Part shown: positions 58,452 to 64,000 of the stretch, piece by piece
Layout: each line of letters opens with the position of its first letter
Position numbering within the stretch: position 1 is the stretch's first letter
NCBI GenBank assembly: GCA_965247115.1
Contig: CBDFGR010000002.1
Coordinates: 1,472,001-1,536,000 of the forward strand
Direction: 5' to 3'
Length of the DNA stretch: 64,000 nt
Source of the DNA: Myxococcota bacterium
Lineage (GTDB): Bacteria > Myxococcota_A > UBA9160 > SZUA-336
The notes under the pieces: model-generated
What the model saw: only the letters and a program-made list of their open reading frames with translations
What the model was told of the DNA's origin: nothing
Databases searched by the model: none
Made by a program: the position numbers and the translations under genes

Positions 58452-59759
58452 CTAGAGCACGAACCGCGACAGGTCGCGGTTCCCTGCGATCTCTTCCAGC
58501 CGCTTCCTCACGACCGCCGCATCGAGGGTGACGGTTTCCCCTGCCATGTCCGGGGCGCCGAACAGCTCGAGCTCGAGCAGGCGTTCGAGCACCGTGTGCA
58601 GCCTTCGGGCACCGATGTTCTCTGTCGACCGGTTCACCTCCGAGGCGATCCGCGCGATCTCCTGAATCGCATCCGGTTTGAACTCGAGCTCCACCGCTTC
58701 AGTCGCCAGCAGCGCCTCGTACTGCTTTACGAGCGCGTTCTTCGGCTCCTGCAGGATGCGCACGAAGGCGGCCTCGTCCAGGTCATGGAGCTCGACCCGG
58801 ATCGGGAAGCGGCCCTGCAGCTCCGGAATCAGATCCGAAGGACGCGAGACGTGAAACGCCCCCGCCGCGATAAACAGGATGTGATCCGTGCGCACACTGC
58901 CGTGCTTGGTCTGCACGCTGCAGCCCTCGATCACAGGCAGCAGGTCGCGCTGCACCCCTTCGCGCGAAACGTCGGTGCCCCAGCTCTCGCGTCGTGCGAT
59001 CTTGTCGAGCTCGTCGAGAAAGACGATACCCGACTCCTCGACACGCTCGATCGCTCGCTCTCGGACAGCGTCCTGGTCGATCAGCCTGTGCGCCTCTTCG
59101 TCCTGCAGGAGCTCGCGCGCCTGGCGCACCTGTACGCGCCGCACGCGTTTGCCCTTGGACATCATGTTGCCCATCAGGTCCTTGAGGTTGAAGCCCATCT
59201 CTTCGACGCCCTGCGGCGAAAAGATCTCGAGCGTTGGACCCGCGCGCTCCTGGGTCTCGATCTCCACCTCCCGCTCTTCGAGGTCGCCTGCGCGCAGCTT
59301 CTCGCGCAGCCGTTCCCGCGTGGCGTCGGCGCCGCCTTCGCCGGGACGGGGAAACAGGGCGTCGAGCAGCCGTTCCTCCGCGATCCGCTCCGCGGAGGCA
59401 CGAACCTTGACGGCCTCTTCGTCGCGGACCAGCGTGATCCCTACCTCGACCAGATCGCGCACGATCGACTCGACGTCGCGCCCAACGTAGCCCACCTCCG
59501 TGAACTTGGAGGCCTCGACCTTGACAAACGGGGCGCCCGAGAGCTTGGCCAGCCGGCGGGCGATCTCCGTCTTGCCGACACCCGTCGGCCCGATCATGAG
59601 GATGTTCTTGGGATGGATGTCCTCGCGAAGGTCACCCTCCACCTGCTGCCGCCGCCAGCGATTTCGCAGCGCGATCGCGACCGCGCGTTTGGCATCGCTC
59701 TGGCCCACGATGTAGCGGTCCAGCTCGGAGACAACCTCGCGTGGCGTGAACGACTTCAA
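58452..59759 (-). CDS. hslU: HslU AAA+ ATPase
   Basis: [27 protein letters not shown] and [11 protein letters not shown]. Confidence 0.96.
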   Translation of the reverse strand: MKSFTPREVVSELDRYIVGQSDAKRAVAIALRNRWRRQQVEGDLREDIHPKNILMIGPTGVGKTEIARRLAKLSGAPFVKVEASKFTEVGYVGRDVESIVRDLVEVGITLVRDEEAVKVRASAERIAEERLLDALFPRPGEGGADATRERLREKLRAGDLEEREVEIETQERAGPTLEIFSPQGVEEMGFNLKDLMGNMMSKGKRVRRVQVRQARELLQDEEAHRLIDQDAVRERAIERVEESGIVFLDELDKIARRESWGTDVSREGVQRDLLPVIEGCSVQTKHGSVRTDHILFIAAGAFHVSRPSDLIPELQGRFPIRVELHDLDEAAFVRILQEPKNALVKQYEALLATEAVELEFKPDAIQEIARIASEVNRSTENIGARRLHTVLERLLELELFGAPDMAGETVTLDAAVVRKRLEEIAGNRDLSRFVL

Positions 59760-60298
59760 GCCGTGAGTTCCTCAATGCTGATCTGCTCGTTGGTGTAAAG
59801 GCAGATGCCCGCTGCAACCCGCATGGCACGCTCTGCGATCTCCCTCGCGGACAGGTCCGTGGCTTCCATCAGAGCGCGCGCCGCAGCGCGCGCGTAGCCG
59901 CCTCCCGACCCGATCGCGGCGATTCCGTCGTCCGGCTGGATCACGTCGCCGTTGCCGGAGAGCAGCAGCGTCTCGTTCGCATCGGCTACCACGAGCAGGG
60001 CCTCCAGGCTGCGCATGCTTCGGTCGGTGCGCCAGTCCTTGGCGAGCTCCACGGCCGCTCGTCGCAGGACTCCGAACTCCTCCAGCTTCGCCTCAAAGCG
60101 CTCGACCAGCGCCACCGCATCTGCCGTGGAGCCTGCGAAGCCCGCCAGTACGCTGCCTCCACGGAGCCGTTGGATCTTGGTCGCGCCGTTCTTCACCACG
60201 GTGTCGCCCATGCTGACCTGGCCGTCGCCCGCGATCACAACCGTATCGCCGCGGCGCACCGCGATCACCGTGGTCCCGCGCATCTCGAGCTGACTCAT
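59756..60298 (-). CDS. hslV: HslV protease subunit
   Basis: TT N-terminal nucleophile, [16 protein letters not shown] and IGSGG. Confidence 0.96.
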   Translation of the reverse strand: MSQLEMRGTTVIAVRRGDTVVIAGDGQVSMGDTVVKNGATKIQRLRGGSVLAGFAGSTADAVALVERFEAKLEEFGVLRRAAVELAKDWRTDRSMRSLEALLVVADANETLLLSGNGDVIQPDDGIAAIGSGGGYARAAARALMEATDLSAREIAERAMRVAAGICLYTNEQISIEELTA

Positions 60299-61233
60299 CC
60301 TCTCTCCCTTACTGGAGAGCCCGCAAATCCATCGGGCTCTCGGGAGCGCGGATGCGCCTGCCGGTAGACCCGAGCCAGCCGCTCGGCCGACACCTGGGTA
60401 TAGCGCTGTGTCGTGCTGAGCCGCTCGTGCCCGAGCAGCTCCTGGATCGCGCGGAGATCGACGTCCGCATCGAGCAGATGCGTGGCATAGCTGTGGCGGA
60501 GAGTGTGCGGGCTCACTTGCCGCGGGATCCCGACCTCGAGCAGGCGACGCCTCAGGACCTTGCGGACCCCCCGCGCCGAGAGCCGTCCCCCCCGGGCGTT
60601 CAGGATCAGCGGCTCGTTCAGCAGTCCCTGTCGCACGCGCGGCTCGAGATACGCGAGCAGGGATTCGAGCGCCTGCCCTGGGATCGGGACCACCCTCTGC
60701 CGGTTCCCTTTGCCCTGGACCCGGAGCTCGGCGCGATCGCGGTCGAGGTCGCGAACGGAGAGACTCGTGAGCTCACCGACCCGGAGCCCGGTTCCGTAGA
60801 GCAGATCGAACACCGCTCGATCGCGAGCGTCCAGGGCCGGCCGCGGGTGCGGGCTCGCGGCGTCGATAAGTCGCTCGCACTCCGCGGCTCCCAGCGGAGC
60901 GGGCAGCCGCCGCTCGGGCTTGGGTCCGGGCAGCCCCTCGCTCGGGTCAGCGGCCCGTGCGCCGAGGCGCACCTGAAAGCGGAAGTAGGAGCGCAGGGCG
61001 GAGAGCCGCCGCGTTCGGGTCGCCGGCGTGTGCGTGCGATGGAAGCCCGCCAGGTAGGCGCGGAGCGAGAGCGCGTCCACCTGCGCGAGCCCTCCCGCAA
61101 GCGCGCACTCCGGACTCGAGGCCAGCCGCCGCACCTCGCTCGTATACGCCCGGACGGTGTGTGGCGAGAAGCCTCGCTCCGCCTCCAGGTAGCGGCGGAA
61201 CTCCGCATTGGAGCTGCGTTCCGCGGGCGTCAC
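60295..61233 (-). CDS. xerC: Tyrosine recombinase XerC
   Basis: [25 protein letters not shown] and LLGH..LSTTQRY; position between trmFO and hslV. Confidence 0.9.
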   Translation of the reverse strand: MTPAERSSNAEFRRYLEAERGFSPHTVRAYTSEVRRLASSPECALAGGLAQVDALSLRAYLAGFHRTHTPATRTRRLSALRSYFRFQVRLGARAADPSEGLPGPKPERRLPAPLGAAECERLIDAASPHPRPALDARDRAVFDLLYGTGLRVGELTSLSVRDLDRDRAELRVQGKGNRQRVVPIPGQALESLLAYLEPRVRQGLLNEPLILNARGGRLSARGVRKVLRRRLLEVGIPRQVSPHTLRHSYATHLLDADVDLRAIQELLGHERLSTTQRYTQVSAERLARVYRQAHPRSREPDGFAGSPVRERG

Positions 61234-62552
61234 GGGAGCGAAGCCGGAACGGTGGAGGCCCAGGGAGCGAGGTCTGCCAGAGCTCGGGCGCTCACCCGCA
61301 GGTTGCGTTCGCGCTTCGGTGTGCGCCGAGTGCGGTCCGCGAGCGGCGGGAACAGTCCGTAGTTCACGTTCATGGGCTGGAAGCTGTCCGGACGCGCATC
61401 CCGTAGGTGACGCAGGAGAGCGCCCAGCGCTGTCGTCGGCGGAGGCGCCGTCGCCAGCGCACCCTTCGCACGGCCTGCGACGAAGATCCCGGCCAGCAGC
61501 CCGAGCGCCGCCGACTCCACGTAGCCCTCCACTCCCGCGATCTGCCCGGCAAAGTAGAGGCCGTCGCTCTTCCTGTGCTGGAGCTGCTCGTCGAGCAGGA
61601 GCGGCGCGCGGATGAACGTGTTGCGGTGGGTCGAGCCGTAGCGCGCGAAGACTGCCCCGGCCATGCCCGGGAGGCTCCGGAAGATGCGCCGCTGCTCGCC
61701 GATCCGCAGCTTGGTCTGGAAGCCGACGAGGTTGTACAGCGTCCCCGTCTTGTCTTCCTGGCGCAGCTGCACGACGGCGAAGGCTGGCTCCCCGCCGCGA
61801 GGATCGCGCAATCCGACGGGCTTCATGGGTCCGAAGGCCAGGGTATCGGCGCCGCGCTCCGCCATCACCTCGATCGGGAGACATGCTTCGAAATAGATCG
61901 CCTGCTCAAAGCGGTGCAGCGGCACCTTCTCCGCCTTCACGAGCTCGTCCACGAACGCGTAGTACTGCTCGCGATCGAGCGGGATGTTCAGGTAGTCGCC
62001 GGCTCCCGCCTCGTAGCGAGAGGCGCGAAAGACTACGTCGTAGTCCAGGCTGTCGGCGTAAACGGTGGGCGAGATCGAGTCGTAGAAGTAGAGCGAGTCG
62101 CCGCAGATCTGCGCGATCGCGGCCGCGAGCCCATCCGAGGTGAGTGGGCCGGTGGCGAGAATCGCGAGTCCCTCCGGAAGCTCTGTCACCTCCTCGCGCA
62201 CGACCTCGATACGTGGCTCCTGGGCGATGCTTTCCGTCACCTGGCTCGAGAACTGCGTGCGGTCCACGGCCAGCGCCTTGCCCGCGGGAACGCGGCACGC
62301 GTCTGCCGCACGAAGGATCAGGGAGTCGAGGCACCTCATCTCCGCATGCAGGAGCCCCACCGCGTTGGCCGGCTGGTCCGAGCGGAAGCTGTTGGAGCAA
62401 ACGAGCTCCGCCAGCCCCTCGCTCGTGTGCGCTGCGGAGAAGCGCGCCGGTCGCATCTCGTAGAGACGCACCGCCACACCCCTTCGGGCCAGCTGCCAGG
62501 CGGCCTCGCAGCCTGCCAGACCTCCGCCGATGACGCTCACAGGCTCGCTCAT
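61230..62552 (-). CDS. trmFO: Methylenetetrahydrofolate--tRNA-(uracil-54)-methyltransferase
   Basis: GGGLAGCEAA, AELVCSNS, YNLVGFQT and GVEGYVES. Confidence 0.95.
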   Translation of the reverse strand: MSEPVSVIGGGLAGCEAAWQLARRGVAVRLYEMRPARFSAAHTSEGLAELVCSNSFRSDQPANAVGLLHAEMRCLDSLILRAADACRVPAGKALAVDRTQFSSQVTESIAQEPRIEVVREEVTELPEGLAILATGPLTSDGLAAAIAQICGDSLYFYDSISPTVYADSLDYDVVFRASRYEAGAGDYLNIPLDREQYYAFVDELVKAEKVPLHRFEQAIYFEACLPIEVMAERGADTLAFGPMKPVGLRDPRGGEPAFAVVQLRQEDKTGTLYNLVGFQTKLRIGEQRRIFRSLPGMAGAVFARYGSTHRNTFIRAPLLLDEQLQHRKSDGLYFAGQIAGVEGYVESAALGLLAGIFVAGRAKGALATAPPPTTALGALLRHLRDARPDSFQPMNVNYGLFPPLADRTRRTPKRERNLRVSARALADLAPWASTVPASLP

Positions 62553-62570
62553 GGAACGCCCGAGGATAGC

Positions 62571-63659
62571 TCAGCGAAGAAGGACCACCCGGGCTCCCTC
62601 GCGCGCGATCCGGCCGCCCAGCTCGAGCTCGAGCAGTGTCGCGGCGAGGCTGGCAGCGGGAACGCCCAGCTTTCGCACGATGTCGTCTGCGGAGAGCGGA
62701 CCGTCGCGGAGCAGCGCCAGAACCTGCTCGGACACGCCCCTCTCCGGGGTGCCTACTCCGACGTCTCCCTGGGGACCCTTCTTCCGCGGCGGCCACACAT
62801 CGACCAGGAGGCGCAGGTCCGTCAGGTCCAGGATCGGCGCGGCCGCGCGCAGCAGCGCGTTCGATCCCCGACAGAGATCGCTATCCGTCGGACCCGGGAT
62901 GACGCCGAGATTTCGACCCTGGTCGAGCGCGTGCCGGGCCGTCCACAGGGTCCCGCTCTTCTCGCGCGCCTCCACGACGAGCGTCGCCCTGGCCAGACCG
63001 CTGATGAGCCGATTGCGTTCGGGGAAGTGGTACGGCCGATACTCCTGCCCTGGCGGGTACTCCGAGAGCCAGGCTCCCCCCGAGTCGAGGATCCGAGTGG
63101 CGAGCCGGCGATTTCCCGCTGGGCTTGGTCGCTCGAGGCCGGAGGCGAGAATGGCCACGGTGCGGCCGGCTCCACGGAGCGCTCCCTCATGCGCCGCTGC
63201 GTCGATCCCGTAAGCCAGGCCGCTGACGATGACCGCGCCGTCCACCGCCAGCTGCTCCGCGTACTGCTGTGCCGCAAGCCGGGCTCGTGAGGACGGGCGC
63301 CGCGACCCGACGATGGCGAGTCCCGGCTCAGCGGGGAGCGAGCCGCGAGCGTAGAGGACAAGAGGAGGGTCGGGCATCTGCAGGAGCGCCAGAGGGAAGC
63401 CGGGCATGCCGTAGAGCAGCACCGCCAGCTCCCGCTTCTGAACGGCCGCCAGCTCCTCGGAAGCCGCGGCCAGGTCCGGACCGCACTGCAGTGCCGCCGC
63501 CAGCACCTCGCCACACTCTTCCTTCAGCTCCGAGTAGCCTCGAGCAAAGATCTCGCCAGGCGAGCCCAGACGCTCGAGCAGGTGCACCGCAATGTCCCGA
63601 CGCATCCCGGGCACGTTCCGCAACGCGATCCAGAGCAGGGGATCGTCCAAGCTTTGCAT
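62571..63659 (-). CDS. dprA: DNA-processing protein DprA
   Basis: AIVGSR, VSGLAYGID, FPERNRLISGL and VVEA..SG. Confidence 0.93.
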   Translation of the reverse strand: MQSLDDPLLWIALRNVPGMRRDIAVHLLERLGSPGEIFARGYSELKEECGEVLAAALQCGPDLAAASEELAAVQKRELAVLLYGMPGFPLALLQMPDPPLVLYARGSLPAEPGLAIVGSRRPSSRARLAAQQYAEQLAVDGAVIVSGLAYGIDAAAHEGALRGAGRTVAILASGLERPSPAGNRRLATRILDSGGAWLSEYPPGQEYRPYHFPERNRLISGLARATLVVEAREKSGTLWTARHALDQGRNLGVIPGPTDSDLCRGSNALLRAAAPILDLTDLRLLVDVWPPRKKGPQGDVGVGTPERGVSEQVLALLRDGPLSADDIVRKLGVPAASLAATLLELELGGRIAREGARVVLLR

Positions 63660-63836
63660 CCGCGGGACCGCGTACGGGGTGCGAACTCAACCTAGCGAAT
63701 GCCGCCGCTCGCGCGTCAGATTCCTCGCCTGGCTGCGCTGGGACGGACGCTCACCGCCGCAGACGGCCGAAAAAGACCCGAGTGGCCTCTAAAGTACGCG
63801 TCTGACCCTGCCGACAAGAGATAGCAGGGAGAGACC

Positions 63837-64000
63837 ATGAACGACGAGCGACGCATAACGCCGCGCCAGGAGATCCGGGCCGCGGTGGCGTACTGGGGCT
63901 CCAGCCGCGAGGGCGGAGGCACCCTCGCGAACATCTCCAATACGGGGGCGTTGATCGAGCCCGCGTCTCCGCCGATCGTTCCCGGGACGCCCATCCGGCT
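63837..64000 (+). CDS. PilZ-domain protein (partial, runs off the window end)
   Basis: GGGAGAG RBS; MNDERRITPR (RxxxR) and NISNTG (D/NxSxxG); absent from the ORF track. Confidence 0.75.
   Translation, partial: MNDERRITPRQEIRAAVAYWGSSREGGGTLANISNTGALIEPASPPIVPGTPIR

Noticed and set aside
60295..61233. Tyrosine recombinase as a prophage or island integrase
   Set aside because: It sits in the housekeeping trmFO-xerC-hslVU context with no phage or att features.
63660..63836. Possible c-di-GMP/cGAMP (GEMM-I) riboswitch upstream of the PilZ gene
   Set aside because: The GEMM-I core (GAAA tetraloop with receptor and GCAAA junction) could not be matched by eye; only a short CCCTGC/GCAGGG stem is present.

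Overview
High-GC bacterial chromosomal window, mostly housekeeping and metabolic genes. Gene order and content suggest a Myxococcota/former-Deltaproteobacteria lineage (inference, not verified). Recognisable genes: 3' end of gltX, tRNA-Gln(CTG), tRNA-Glu(CTC), nagA, a nucleoside phosphorylase, HPr, an osmoprotectant ABC transporter, pncB, a 2-oxoacid:ferredoxin oxidoreductase pair, rsmE, an alpha2-type glycyl-tRNA synthetase, frmA, aspS and the dprA-trmFO-xerC-hslV-hslU-argB-argF...argG cluster. No CRISPR array, rRNA or prophage was seen. Features the ORF track misses or splits: (1) a 72-aa SelW/Rdx selenoprotein with in-frame UGA (CxxU) and a SECIS-like hairpin; (2) a REC-GGDEF protein with the Ser-for-Asp 'Hypr' signature of 3',3'-cGAMP synthases, plus an HD-GYP protein with a divergent RxxH motif; (3) three ~100-nt REP-like repeats with conserved stems, two of them flanking a lipoprotein gene as inverted repeats, and a RAYT-like HUH/Y1 transposase; (4) a Zn-ribbon/helical/SPFH three-gene operon; (5) a lid-less Hsp70 with J-TPR and TPR partners inside the arg cluster; (6) a candidate structured RNA after tRNA-Gln; (7) a recurrent leaderless-promoter signature; (8) several decayed genes (SDR, pncA, di-heme enzyme, TPR protein, IS481). 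All family calls come from motif recognition by eye; no database search was run.
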